Source: Candidatus Jordarchaeales archaeon (lineage in GTDB: Archaea; Asgardarchaeota; Jordiarchaeia; Jordiarchaeales; Freyrarchaeaceae). Taken from it: a stretch of 32,000 nt of DNA. Position numbers and translations under genes: made by a program. The stretch is from assembly GCA_038858525.1 (NCBI GenBank), contig JAWCFL010000001.1, positions 169,172 to 201,171 of the forward strand, in the 5' to 3' direction. Shown here one piece after another: positions 8,901-17,409 of this stretch (position 1 is the first letter of the stretch; every line of letters begins with the position of its first letter). The notes beneath the pieces are model-generated. The model was not told the origin of the DNA, made no database searches, and saw only the letters and a list, made by a program, of their open reading frames with translations.

Positions 8901-9206
8901 TTGAAGTACCCTAAAGTTAGGCGAACTTATTGTCCACGATGTAAAACACACACAGAACACTCAGTTAGCGTCTATAAGAAAGGTAAGGATAGGGCACTGG
9001 CCGCAGGAGCTAGGCGCTATGCAAGGAAGAAGAGGGGTTATGGAAGCCAGCCTAAGCTCTTCTATGTCTTATAGAAGAGGGGTAAGCCCGTTCAGAGGGA
9101 GTTCGCGAAGACCACTAAGAAGGTTAGCTTTAAGCTTAAATGCAAGGAGTGCGGTCATACGCTCCACACTAAAGGTATCCGCCTCAAAAAGGCTGAAGCA
9201 ATTTAA
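8901..9206 (+). CDS. rpl44e: 50S ribosomal protein L44e (eL42), two exons (8901-9055, 9086-9206), 91 aa spliced; absent from the ORF track
   Basis: Hand translation from TTG 8901: [20 protein letters not shown]...GYGSQPK[insertion with TAG][24 protein letters not shown]...AI*. Canonical position before S27e and aIF2alpha. Confidence 0.95.
9056..9085 (+). other. 30-nt BHB-type intron in rpl44e mRNA
   Basis: Central helix GCCU/GGGU (two G-U pairs); bulges AA|G and AA|G; stem CUCUUCUAU/AUAGAAGAG with loop GUCUU; outer exon helix imperfect. Contains an in-frame TAG. Excision gives CCT AAG CCC GTT (PKPV). Confidence 0.88.
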
Positions 9207-9222
9207 AGGGGGGATTTAAAAA

Positions 9223-9429
9223 TTGAGGAAAAAACGCGAGGTCATTCCGCAACCAAGAAGCCGCTTTTTGAAGGTTCAGTGTACTGACTGCGGCGCAGAA
9301 AACATAGTTTTTGATAGAGCAAGCACTACAGTTAAGTGCTATATTTGCGGGAAAGTTTTAGCTGAGCCGAGAGGAGGAAAGGCGCTCCTTCTAGTAAAAA
9401 AGGAGAACGTGATTCAAATTTTAAGTTGA
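9223..9429 (+). CDS. rps27e: 30S ribosomal protein S27e
   Basis: PRSRFLKVQCTDC and VKCYICG..LAEPRGGKA motifs. Confidence 0.96.
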   Translation: MRKKREVIPQPRSRFLKVQCTDCGAENIVFDRASTTVKCYICGKVLAEPRGGKALLLVKKENVIQILS

Positions 9430-9448
9430 AATAAGGGGTTGTAAAGAA

Positions 9449-10240
9449 TTGGTTAAGACGAGAAGGGAGTTTCCGGCAGAGGGAGACCTCGTGATAGCGA
9501 CTGTAACCAAAATAGCGAACCATGGAGCTTACGTAACATTAGACGAGTATGAAGGAAAAGAGGGGCTTGTCCACATTTCTGAGGTCTCCCAAAGCTGGGT
9601 TAGGAACATAAGGAACTTCCTTAAAGAGGGGCAAAAGGTCGTGGCGAAGGTCTTAAGGACGGAGCCGCGCAAAGGCTTCATAGATCTTTCTATTCGAAGG
9701 GTTACAGAGCAACAGAAAAGAGAGAAGGTACAAGAATGGAAGCGGGCGCAAAAAGCGGAGAACTTGCTTGATCTTGCCGCTAAAAAGCTCGGGAAAACCC
9801 TTGACGAAGCTTACGAGAAGGTAGGATGGCCACTCGAAGACAAATATGGAGAGATATACGCGGGTTTTGAGGAGGCCGCGGAAAAAGGCGAGCAGCCCCT
9901 CCTTGATGCTGGCGTCAGCGAAGAGTGGAGTAAAGTGATTACAGAGCTCGCTAAAGCGTACGTTGAGACGCCGAAGGTCAAAATAAAAGGCATCTTTGAG
10001 CTTACTTGTTTGAAGCGCGACGGAGTGGAAGCCATCAAAAAAGCACTGATTGCTGCGGAGAAAGTTGCAAATGGAGACGTAAATGTTGAGATCTATACTG
10101 TGGGGGCACCGCGCTACAGAATAGAGGTGACAGCGAAGGAGTATAAACAAGCTGAGAGCATAATGAAGGAAGCGGTTAATGCCGCATTAACTGTAATCAA
10201 GGAAGAGGGAGGAAGTGGAACGTTCACACGTGAAAAGTAG
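9449..10240 (+). CDS. eif2a: Translation initiation factor aIF-2 alpha
   Basis: S1 domain (GAYVTLDEY, GLVHISEV, IDLS) plus YTVGAPRYRI. Confidence 0.96.
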   Translation: MVKTRREFPAEGDLVIATVTKIANHGAYVTLDEYEGKEGLVHISEVSQSWVRNIRNFLKEGQKVVAKVLRTEPRKGFIDLSIRRVTEQQKREKVQEWKRAQKAENLLDLAAKKLGKTLDEAYEKVGWPLEDKYGEIYAGFEEAAEKGEQPLLDAGVSEEWSKVITELAKAYVETPKVKIKGIFELTCLKRDGVEAIKKALIAAEKVANGDVNVEIYTVGAPRYRIEVTAKEYKQAESIMKEAVNAALTVIKEEGGSGTFTREK

Positions 10241-10268
10241 CTATTTTCACACGTGAAAAGTAGCTATT
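10223..10268. repeat. Perfect 23-bp tandem duplication TTCACACGTGAAAAGTAGCTATT x2
   Basis: Copies at 10223-10245 and 10246-10268. Copy 1 carries the aIF2alpha stop and copy 2 carries the nop10 stop on the minus strand. Confidence 0.9.
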
Positions 10269-10437
10269 CTTTCCCTGCAAGCTCCTTCTTCAACCTTCGC
10301 CTTAAATCTCCAAAGCGGTCTTCTATTGAAAACTTTGGAGGATGCGGAACCTTTACCTCGCCCCCACAACGGGGACACGAGTCCTGCCTTAACGTATAAC
10401 TTCCACAAGAAACACATTTTCTAAGCAAGAAACCCAT
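10264..10437 (-). CDS. nop10: H/ACA RNP protein Nop10 (57 aa); absent from the ORF track
   Basis: Hand translation MGFLLRKCVSCGSYTLRQDSCPRCGGEVKVPHPPKFSIEDRFGDLRRRLKKELAGKE contains the YTL, CPxCG and PHPPKFS..D..G..R motifs. Confidence 0.93.
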   Translation of the reverse strand: MGFLLRKCVSCGSYTLRQDSCPRCGGEVKVPHPPKFSIEDRFGDLRRRLKKELAGKE

Positions 10438-10472
10438 TCCATAACCGCTCCCTTTTTACCGATCTTCCTCCT

Positions 10473-12944
10473 TTACGGGGGCGCGCTTACTTCAACATTT
10501 ATCTCTCTAGTGAATTCAGGTATAGATGTCTCTATTTTTAAAGGAACGCTTTTTCCACTTTCAAGACTCAAACCGCTATTGAAGGGTATACTAGCAGTCT
10601 CTCCAGGCCCGATGGAAACAGCAGAAATACTGCAGGATGTGCCGTTAACATATAGCTTCGTCACGTTGAAGGGGACTAATCCAGTATTACGGATTTCCAC
10701 TGTTCCACTTCCGTTAGTATAGATGCTCGCATTTACGATGTCCATGTTTGCGTCTAGTATCGAGTAATCAATCTTGTAGATTTTTACTAAGTGATTACTG
10801 GATATGAAGACGGGTTTAAAGTGATTCAGGACGCTAAATCCGTGCTTCCACCATGAGTACCATCCAGGCGGGCTCCTCGCTTCATCATAAGAGATTACGA
10901 GCGGATACTTATTCTGGTCCATGTAATTGTGGAGGGCATAATCCAGTATTAATTTACTATAAGAAGGATACACGTCTGGTGATGGGTCATGGTAGTAGAG
11001 GAGCTTGTAGAGGGTCATGTTAAAGAACTTGGGTGTGTAAATTGTGCCTGTTAGCGTTGGAGTGTAGTACTCGTATTCCCAAGGCGTGTAGAAGACGTCG
11101 AAGGAGATCTTAGCCATCCATATCCATTTTCCTTCGTCTCCGTGGAGGTTGGCATCGTTGTGTCCAAAGTAGACTAGAACATGTGTGGCGTTGAAATAAC
11201 GGAGGATCTCTAGGCTTTCTGTTTCGTTCGTGGTGGTTAGTGCTCGTCCGACGAGAGCTATTTGTGTGGTGTTGAGCGTGGCGTTGTCGACTACCGTTGT
11301 CTTGTTTCCTCTGACCATGATCCAGTACCCGTAATCCCACCAAGAAACCACTATAGCATCGGAGGGCAACTTGTTCTGCATGAAAATAAACGCTTCCTCC
11401 CAGTCGAAGTAGAAGTTCCCGTATCGGTCTCTAGGGACGAATTGCGGAGCGCCAGAGTAGACGGCTACAGTCATGCCGTGAGAGAATGAGAAAAACAGAA
11501 TGAGCCCTGTAATGGCTAAGACTACAGCGGCAGATTCTCTTCCCAAGATGCGCTTTACGATGACACGCCGCCTCTTAATGGGTATCCTTCGTTCTCCTAA
11601 CACTAGTTTTGAGAGAGGATCATAAATTGATGAAAGAGCGAACCCGGAGAGTAAGCACGCTACTGGAGCGAACATGACGATAAGACGAACCATGGAGGCA
11701 GCCATGTAAACAGTAGTTGCGCCTAAAATTATGAGGAGAAGGTCTTCGTTTCGCCTTCTTTGAAAGAGAAGATACATTCCTGCAGGAAACAGTATGACAG
11801 TTGCATGTAGGTCGTAGAAGAACATGCTCCATGATGTTGTAGCGTGCTCAGCGACACTTGACACTATGATCTCTTCTTCCCTGTAAAATGGGTTAATCAC
11901 TGAGAAGTAACGTCCACTAATTTGAATAAATGAGCGGATGCCAGATGATAAAGACAACGAAAAAATCGGGTTTATAGAATACGCGACAGCTACTCCTGTC
12001 ATGATCACGATCACTATGATAAATATCGTCACGGCGAGATTACGTTTGTTCTTGACGAAGACATGAAGTTTAGGTGCCTTGACAGCGAGTGTTTCAGAAA
12101 TGGAGGCGAGTGTAGGTTTAATGCGGGGATACGCTTCCCATGATATCAGGGCGAGTAAGACTAGCATTGCGAGGATGCAATTGCTTGAAATTATGTATTC
12201 ACTACCGTGGAATGGAACCCTCGTTCCTATAAATGCCCCTATCAAGATCGTGATGCTGTAGGTCATTAGCAGGTTTGTCGAGTACCTTTTCATTAGTATT
12301 AGGAGAATGACTGTGAGAGGATAAACGTATAGTAGGTAAATGGCGGCACCCCAGCTTGCTATGAAGCCGCCGAGGGCTAAACCAGCTATAACGGCTGAGG
12401 GGATAGATGACCTCTTCATGGATCTTATGAAGAAAAAGAGGGAGAGCAGAAAGAAGAACAAGCCAACACACTCGTTATCAACTAGACCTGCGATCGTTCG
12501 TTCTATTGCTCCCGGCAAGAACGACAGCAAAAATGAGGAGATTAGGCCAGCCTTGTCATCCAGCACCTCGCGTCCGAGAAAGAAGAGCACGACGCATGAT
12601 GCTGCTCCCATTATGGCGGGGAGAAAGTAGCACACCATGTGTATGTTGACGTTAAACCCTATAGATCTTAGCAAGAAAAAGAGGGTTGCAGCTGTGAACG
12701 GCACGCCGGGAAGGTAACTTCTGGACATGTCTAAGCCATAGGGGTACCACATCATCGGGTTATACCATCCAAACCACACGGAGTAACCGTAAATACTTAT
12801 GAAGGCGGCGTTATAGTACTGTATCGTTGAGTCATAATCCGATATATATGGAGGATACATGAAAAAGGGGTAAAGCCTTAACAAAAAGGCTAGCAGAGTG
12901 ATTAGTGATACGCTCAGAACGAGAAGGAGGTTCCGCCTGTCCAC
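10473..12944 (-). CDS. aglB: Oligosaccharyltransferase AglB/STT3 with C-terminal Ig-like domain
   Basis: Multi-TM N-terminus, DNE, SVAEH, WWDYG, DNATLN and a DxxKxxxM (DK) motif. The start may lie upstream at CTG 13004. Confidence 0.95.
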   Translation of the reverse strand: MDRRNLLLVLSVSLITLLAFLLRLYPFFMYPPYISDYDSTIQYYNAAFISIYGYSVWFGWYNPMMWYPYGLDMSRSYLPGVPFTAATLFFLLRSIGFNVNIHMVCYFLPAIMGAASCVVLFFLGREVLDDKAGLISSFLLSFLPGAIERTIAGLVDNECVGLFFFLLSLFFFIRSMKRSSIPSAVIAGLALGGFIASWGAAIYLLYVYPLTVILLILMKRYSTNLLMTYSITILIGAFIGTRVPFHGSEYIISSNCILAMLVLLALISWEAYPRIKPTLASISETLAVKAPKLHVFVKNKRNLAVTIFIIVIVIMTGVAVAYSINPIFSLSLSSGIRSFIQISGRYFSVINPFYREEEIIVSSVAEHATTSWSMFFYDLHATVILFPAGMYLLFQRRRNEDLLLIILGATTVYMAASMVRLIVMFAPVACLLSGFALSSIYDPLSKLVLGERRIPIKRRRVIVKRILGRESAAVVLAITGLILFFSFSHGMTVAVYSGAPQFVPRDRYGNFYFDWEEAFIFMQNKLPSDAIVVSWWDYGYWIMVRGNKTTVVDNATLNTTQIALVGRALTTTNETESLEILRYFNATHVLVYFGHNDANLHGDEGKWIWMAKISFDVFYTPWEYEYYTPTLTGTIYTPKFFNMTLYKLLYYHDPSPDVYPSYSKLILDYALHNYMDQNKYPLVISYDEARSPPGWYSWWKHGFSVLNHFKPVFISSNHLVKIYKIDYSILDANMDIVNASIYTNGSGTVEIRNTGLVPFNVTKLYVNGTSCSISAVSIGPGETASIPFNSGLSLESGKSVPLKIETSIPEFTREINVEVSAPP

Positions 12945-13139
12945 TCTAACTTTAGCAGCGTAGAAAAGCTCGCTTATAAGGGATGATAATCTTTTTCTCG
13001 CCAGTTGCGCCGCCTCCCCTATATGTCCCTTTACAACCTCCTTTATCTCACACTGCTCTTTTAAAAATTATCTCTCTTTCTATTAGACGAAAGACTATGT
13101 AGCCTGAAATCTAAGGCATGCAATACTAAATAGATGATA

Positions 13140-13153
13140 AGGTTTATAAAAGG
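13140..13153 (+). promoter_or_regulatory. Probable TATA box for rps3ae
   Basis: AGGTTTATAAAAGG about 55 nt upstream of the ATG, in the divergent aglB/rps3ae spacer. Confidence 0.5.
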
Positions 13154-13206
13154 ATGGGGTGTAGTCCCCTTATCGTGACTCACACCAAGAACCTGAAGGG
13201 GATTGG

Positions 13207-13827
13207 ATGAGTAGAGAGCGCGTGAAGGATTCTTGGAGCGCGAAAAAGTGGTTTACGGTTCTCGCACCGACATACTTTGGAAATGTCGAGATAGGTTTAA
13301 CGCCTGCTGACAGCCCGGAGAAGGTGATAGGCAGGGTAATGGAGGCCACTCTTTATGACATTACTGGCGACTTCTCTCTGATCCACGTTAAGCTCTACTT
13401 TAGGATAATAGACGTTTCAGGAGAAGTGGCTCAGACGGAGTTCTATGGCCACGAGTTCACTAGGGACTACTTGAAGAGCCTTGTGAGGAGAGGCACTAGT
13501 AAGGTTGACGGAATATTTGACGTTGTAACTAAGGACGGGCGAGCTTTACGCGTGTACCCTGTAGCTTTCACGATTAACAGGATTAAAACCAGTCAGGAAA
13601 AGATTATCAGAAACGTGATGGGAGAGGTTGTGGAGAAAAAAGCGGAACAGTTAAACTACGGCGAATATGCTCAGGAAGTTGTGCTTGGAAAAATTGCTTC
13701 CGAGATATACAACTTAGCTAGGAAAATAGTTCCTTTAAGGAAGTGCGAGGTTTGGAAGACGAAGCCCATTAAAGTACGGGCAAAAACGGTGGAGACGCTT
13801 AGAGCGGAGACACAAGCTACTGCTTGA
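13207..13827 (+). CDS. rps3ae: 30S ribosomal protein S3Ae (eS1)
   Basis: KDSWSAKKWFTVLAP, GRVMEATLYDITGD, RDYLKSLVRRGTSKVD and VPLRKCEVWK motifs. Confidence 0.96.
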   Translation: MSRERVKDSWSAKKWFTVLAPTYFGNVEIGLTPADSPEKVIGRVMEATLYDITGDFSLIHVKLYFRIIDVSGEVAQTEFYGHEFTRDYLKSLVRRGTSKVDGIFDVVTKDGRALRVYPVAFTINRIKTSQEKIIRNVMGEVVEKKAEQLNYGEYAQEVVLGKIASEIYNLARKIVPLRKCEVWKTKPIKVRAKTVETLRAETQATA

Positions 13828-13864
13828 ACATTTATTTTTGATGCTTATAGTGGAGGGGACCTAT

Positions 13865-14005
13865 GTGAGCACGGGAAAAAAATGTGTTAAATGTGGTGCT
13901 GCTCAAGTTGAAGTTTTGGTTAAACAGCCTATGTCTTCAGGTGTTGAATACACGTACAAGTGCTTGGTCTGCCATCATACGTGGAAGGAAAAGAAGCGCT
14001 TTTAG
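13865..14005 (+). CDS. 46-aa stand-alone zinc-ribbon protein resembling the TFS/TFIIS C-terminal ribbon; absent from the ORF track
   Basis: SD GGAGGGG then GTG: MSTGKKCVKCGAAQVEVLVKQPMSSGVEYTYKCLVCHHTWKEKKRF, with CxxC...CxxC spacing and a YxCxxCxHTW end. Confidence 0.75.
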   Translation: MSTGKKCVKCGAAQVEVLVKQPMSSGVEYTYKCLVCHHTWKEKKRF

Positions 14006-14253
14006 GTTTTTCCGGATAGCGTTACGACGTCCCCTACAATCTTCATACTTGCAAGTATATCATCCAGCGTCGACAGTAAAGTGCTGATCTTGCCGTTGTA
14101 CTCGAGAAGCATGATTAACCTATTTTCGTCTGATTTCATTTCAAACTTCATGTTTTTAGGCAGAGGCGTGTTATCGGGCGACAACGCTCTCAATGTTATG
14201 GCGGCCTCGGAGGGGGAGGAAAATTCCACTTCAATAATTATTTTAGCCATCAT
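14002..14253 (-). CDS. pcc1: KEOPS subunit Pcc1
   Basis: ALSPDN and LLSTLDDIL pattern, 83 aa; downstream of S15-DHH as in the conserved archaeal cluster. Confidence 0.82.
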   Translation of the reverse strand: MMAKIIIEVEFSSPSEAAITLRALSPDNTPLPKNMKFEMKSDENRLIMLLEYNGKISTLLSTLDDILASMKIVGDVVTLSGKT

Positions 14254-14271
14254 TCGCCCACTTCTCCATCA

Positions 14272-15699
14272 CTACTTACTGCTAAGTTCCGCGTTTAGGT
14301 GCTCAATGAACTCTTCCTCCCTACCAGCGGGAATGTATGCTCCAGCAGCCAAGTCATGCCCACCAGCGACGAAGTTTAACCCCATTTCATTTATGACGTA
14401 CCTCATTAGTTCACCCAAGTTTACCTCTTTCTTAACTTCTGATCCTAAGCGAGCAGAGACTTTAACTGCTGCTTCTTCTTCCGAGTATGCGAACCCGACA
14501 ATCACTTTGTCTCGATACGATTTTGATGAAGAAAGAATTGAAGTTACAGTTCCAATCATCTTGTCGTCAATATAGCGTTCTCCGTTGAACCAGCAGATGT
14601 CGCCTTTAACGTTCACCTTGCCTTTCCCAAGCCATTCCATGTAATCTGCTAGCTTCGCTCGATACTCACTAGCAACTTTTGCAACTTCTCCATAGACATT
14701 TCGGTCCCCCATGCAGATAGCTAACCCCAAGCTTGTTTTCCCTGTTCGCCCGCAAGCATTAAGGAGGAAGGCGAACTCCCTAGCGTCCCTTGTTGGTGTT
14801 CCAAGTGGCTCCCTAGTTAGAACGTAAACTGTCCCAATAATGCTCTGCGCCTCATCAGCGCTCATTCCACCTGGCCCAAGCATGTACTTGACAAGCTCCG
14901 ATACGAGCTTCGACTTTTCCTGTTGTGAAAGTTCAGACAGAGTTCTCCACCGGTCACCAGACTTCAACGGAATCTTAACTCTCTCTACAAGGAACTTCAC
15001 ACAGGCAGCATGATTACCGGACAGCCCGGGTATGAAGGGCTCCATAGTGTACTCGAGAGCGACAGGTATGGGTCTCGTCTCCCGCCCGAAGAACATTAGG
15101 TCCTTAACTTCTTCTAGAACACCCAACTCTATTGCTTCTCTAACTATCTCAGCGTTTAAGCCTGTCAGGCTTCGCCCTTCACCTTTATCCTGGCGGTCAC
15201 CAAGCGCACCGATAACGGCGAGGGTAGATAGGTCCCGATTCGCGTCATTGACCTCCTTGGATACCAAGTAAGCCATTCCAGCACCACTAATTTCGGCTCC
15301 CCCGTCTAAGCCGAAGAGGTGAGGATTAATTTGCATGAAGCTTTCTTTATCATTCTCTGGGGGATGATGATCTATGATCACCACGTTCTCCCTTAATACC
15401 TCGTTTATGAGGCTCAACTGGCCGCTACCTAGATCTGTGAACACGAATACTCTCTGAGTTTTTGGAAGAGATTTTAAGACGCGCTCGCTAAGCTGGTGAA
15501 CTATTCTAGCGTGAAACTTGGCGTCAATCCTTCTAAGCGTCTTTAACATTATGCTGGCCGCCGCTAATCCGTCGGCATCTAGATGGGAAACCACCTGGAA
15601 AACGTGTGAACGTGCTCTTTCGAGTATGAATTCGGCAATGCTTCGAGCATGACTAATAAGTTGAGAGGAAGGCAACGCTTCGAGGTCACCTTTTCTCAT
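14272..15699 (-). CDS. DHH/DHHA1 family RecJ-like nuclease
   Basis: SHLDADG, FTDLGSG, IIDHH, ISGAG, GALGD and GGHDLAAGA motifs. Confidence 0.92.
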   Translation of the reverse strand: MRKGDLEALPSSQLISHARSIAEFILERARSHVFQVVSHLDADGLAAASIMLKTLRRIDAKFHARIVHQLSERVLKSLPKTQRVFVFTDLGSGQLSLINEVLRENVVIIDHHPPENDKESFMQINPHLFGLDGGAEISGAGMAYLVSKEVNDANRDLSTLAVIGALGDRQDKGEGRSLTGLNAEIVREAIELGVLEEVKDLMFFGRETRPIPVALEYTMEPFIPGLSGNHAACVKFLVERVKIPLKSGDRWRTLSELSQQEKSKLVSELVKYMLGPGGMSADEAQSIIGTVYVLTREPLGTPTRDAREFAFLLNACGRTGKTSLGLAICMGDRNVYGEVAKVASEYRAKLADYMEWLGKGKVNVKGDICWFNGERYIDDKMIGTVTSILSSSKSYRDKVIVGFAYSEEEAAVKVSARLGSEVKKEVNLGELMRYVINEMGLNFVAGGHDLAAGAYIPAGREEEFIEHLNAELSSK

Positions 15700-16154
15700 T
15701 GCCTTACGAGTAAAGCTACCTTTTCGGGGTCATACTTCCAGTCTGGCGGCAGAACATGGCATTTCTTATAGTACTTCACCAACCTATGAATTTTTGACTC
15801 TGTGAGCTGGAGTCCTCTTCTCGAGTGAAGGTCTTTCCTGTGCTCTTCGAGATGTCTCCTGATTCTTAAAGCTCGCCGAATTAAGTTTGTGAGGTCCTCC
15901 GGGAGGGGGGACGTTAATCCATGCTCTTTCATGATCTGCGTAATCTTTTTACCCACTATTGGCTTAACAAGCGGGACGCCATGTTGGTCTCTTAGTATTA
16001 TTCCGATCATTGATGGAGGGTAGCCGCTCCTAGCTAGCTCAACCACTTTATCGACTACCCATTCTGGGGTTTTGTCGAACCATTCTGGCGGTTTCTTTAC
16101 CGGAGGACGCTTAGATGAAGATTTCCTCTTTTTCCTCGCGTGCATTCTCGCCAT
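15696..16154 (-). CDS. rps15: 30S ribosomal protein S15 (uS15/S13e)
   Basis: [34 protein letters not shown] and [11 protein letters not shown] motifs. Confidence 0.97.
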   Translation of the reverse strand: MARMHARKKRKSSSKRPPVKKPPEWFDKTPEWVVDKVVELARSGYPPSMIGIILRDQHGVPLVKPIVGKKITQIMKEHGLTSPLPEDLTNLIRRALRIRRHLEEHRKDLHSRRGLQLTESKIHRLVKYYKKCHVLPPDWKYDPEKVALLVRQ

Positions 16155-16207
16155 AATAGAACCCTTCTCTCAGGATAATGCTAGGGGGCTGATAAGAAAC
16201 TTGATGT

Positions 16208-16816
16208 TTAAATAATTTTCGAGGATGTTAGCCATTCAGCAAGCTTCCTGAGGGCTCTCGCCCTATGTGACAGCTTATTCTTTTCCCTAACGTCGAGCTC
16301 GGCAAAGCTCCTTCCATCACCCTCCTCAGGTATAAATATAGGGTCGAAACCAAATCCACGTTCTCCCTTGACGGCGTGAGATATGAAGCCTGAAGCCTGA
16401 CCTTTAAACACCAGCATCTCCTTGCCATCTGTGAACGCCACAACCGAAACAAAAACAGCTCTCCTGTTATCGACGCCATCCATAAGTTTTAGCACGCCTT
16501 CATTGCCTATTTTGCTGAAGACATAGGAGGAATAAGGTCCTGGGAACCCGTTGAGCGCCTCTATGAAGAGGCCGGCGTCCTCAACGAAAAAAGGGCATCT
16601 TGGATTCGCCTCCCGCATCAGCCAAGCCAGACTAATCCTAGCGATCTCTTCCAAGCTTTCCGACTGGACCTCGAGGCGCTTCACGTCCCACTGTTCAACA
16701 TTTAACCCGTACTCTGAAAAAACGATCTCAGCTTCTTGAAGCTTGTGCCTGTTACTTGTGGCGAAGAGGACATGTTTCACCTTTCCCAGTAGCGCCCCCT
16801 CCTTTCGATCTCCCAC
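16208..16816 (-). CDS. rdgB: XTP/dITP diphosphatase (RdgB/HAM1)
   Basis: FATSNRHK, VEDAGL, GFPGPYS, GFGFDPIF and SHRARAL motifs. Confidence 0.95.
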   Translation of the reverse strand: MGDRKEGALLGKVKHVLFATSNRHKLQEAEIVFSEYGLNVEQWDVKRLEVQSESLEEIARISLAWLMREANPRCPFFVEDAGLFIEALNGFPGPYSSYVFSKIGNEGVLKLMDGVDNRRAVFVSVVAFTDGKEMLVFKGQASGFISHAVKGERGFGFDPIFIPEEGDGRSFAELDVREKNKLSHRARALRKLAEWLTSSKII

Positions 16817-17403
16817 ATTTTATCTATAACTTCATTTGCCCCCTCAAAGGCGTCCCTATAACCTTGAAGAACAGCGTTGAATCCTTCTTCGAAAACGTCG
16901 TAATGACTGCTTTCCATTGCCCGCTTCATCAAGTGCAGGTCAACTCCCAAGTCCTCAACGTTCCTCGAAAAGTCTCCAAGCCCAAAATCGATGAAAAAAA
17001 TCTTCCCGTTACTAACAATCATGTTTGAAGTTGTCAGGTCTCCGTGTACTATGCCCTCCCTGTGAAGCCGCCCTATTAATTCGCCCACCTCACGCAACAA
17101 CCTGACAAGTTCTTCGCGCGGCAAACCTCCTTCCTTTATGAGGTCACTTAAAGTTCTTCCATCAATGTAATCCATAATTATAGAGGCGGATTCTAAGTCG
17201 ACGAGGTAAACTGTGGGCGCCGGGACGCCGGCTCTCTTTGCGCTATGAAGCAAGCGCGCCTCACGAATAACTCTCTGTCTTCTTAAGCTGTCATCCAGTT
17301 CCTTGATCCTGTAAAGCTTAGGCTTACGCTCCTTAACGACAACTCTTCGCCCAAAAACATGGCTAAGGAGAAGATGAGCTTCAGCCCCCTTCTTGATCAT
17401 CAC
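16777..17403 (-). CDS. bud32: KEOPS kinase/ATPase Bud32
   Basis: GAEA, VVVKER, HGDLTTSN and IDFGL motifs. Confidence 0.95.
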   Translation of the reverse strand: MMIKKGAEAHLLLSHVFGRRVVVKERKPKLYRIKELDDSLRRQRVIREARLLHSAKRAGVPAPTVYLVDLESASIIMDYIDGRTLSDLIKEGGLPREELVRLLREVGELIGRLHREGIVHGDLTTSNMIVSNGKIFFIDFGLGDFSRNVEDLGVDLHLMKRAMESSHYDVFEEGFNAVLQGYRDAFEGANEVIDKMWEIERRGRYWER

Positions 17404-17409
17404 CGTATC

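Noticed and set aside
9072-9074. In-frame TAG in rpl44e as pyrrolysine or readthrough
   Set aside because: The TAG lies within a 9-bp hairpin insertion that is absent from the L44e consensus. Excision explains both the stop and the extra residues.
9019-9219. 66-aa ORF-track call MQGRRGVM...
   Set aside because: It is an alternative frame over the real intron-containing rpl44e gene.
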